Below are positions 23,900 to 24,050 of a stretch of 24,050 nt of DNA, piece by piece. The position numbers and the translations under genes are program-made. Origin of the DNA: Helicobacteraceae bacterium (lineage in GTDB: Bacteria > Campylobacterota > Campylobacteria > Campylobacterales > SZUA-545); contig JAABTA010000001.1 in assembly GCA_011390075.1 (NCBI GenBank), positions 1-24,050 of the forward strand. The letters run 5' to 3'. Each line of letters begins with the position of its first letter. The stretch's first letter is position 1. Under the pieces are notes generated by a model, which saw only the letters and a list, made by a program, of their open reading frames with translations, was not told where the DNA came from and made no database searches.

Positions 23900-24050
23900 C
23901 TATTGGCAGTTTTGGCAAAGACCATTAATATCTATTGAGATGCTCCTAACACTTTTTTGGCTTAGTTCTAAACCTATGTCCAAAGAGGTCTCTTTAAGAC
24001 ACTCAATTGTTTTGCAAGCATCACAAATAAAGTGCGGATGGATAGTGCTG
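23900..24050 (-). CDS. Fur-family metalloregulator (Zur-like), C-terminal fragment; start lies outside the window
   Basis: Manual translation of 24049-23900 gives STIHPHFICDACKTIECL...INGLCQNCQ*: the Fur-family H.HFIC..C and G.C..C motifs. The stop lies 8 nt before the znuA ATG. Confidence 0.85.
   Translation of the reverse strand, partial: STIHPHFICDACKTIECLKETSLDIGLELSQKSVRSISIDINGLCQNCQ

Overview
AT-rich, densely coded chromosomal window from a motile Campylobacterota (epsilonproteobacterial) bacterium. The lineage call rests on the epsilon-type flagellin with a sigma54 promoter, Maf, a PflB-like protein, a short MurB and the kinase H-box style. Order: (1) 3' end of a YdcF/DUF218 gene, a DsbC/G-like protein and a periplasmic thioredoxin; (2) a sigma54-driven flagellin followed 3 nt later by a Maf glycosylation factor; (3) an accessory-looking envelope block of about 7.7 kb: porin, TPR plus beta-barrel (Slam/DUF560-like) protein and FecR-domain protein, then a convergent GAF-PAS kinase/OmpR pair, a divergent kexin/furin-like lipoprotein protease with no propeptide, an overlapping small secreted propeptide-like gene and a GC-rich structured element; (4) housekeeping der, serS, pflB-like, a hotdog-fold gene, an isochorismatase-family gene and murB; (5) a minus-strand metal-uptake operon: Fur-family regulator (partial, absent from the ORF track), znuA, znuC (apparently starting at ATA), znuB, a DUF1007-NicO (ZevA/ZevB-like) fusion and a small secreted Cys protein. 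No rRNA, tRNA, CRISPR array or transposase was seen. All family calls come from motifs read by eye; no searches were run.
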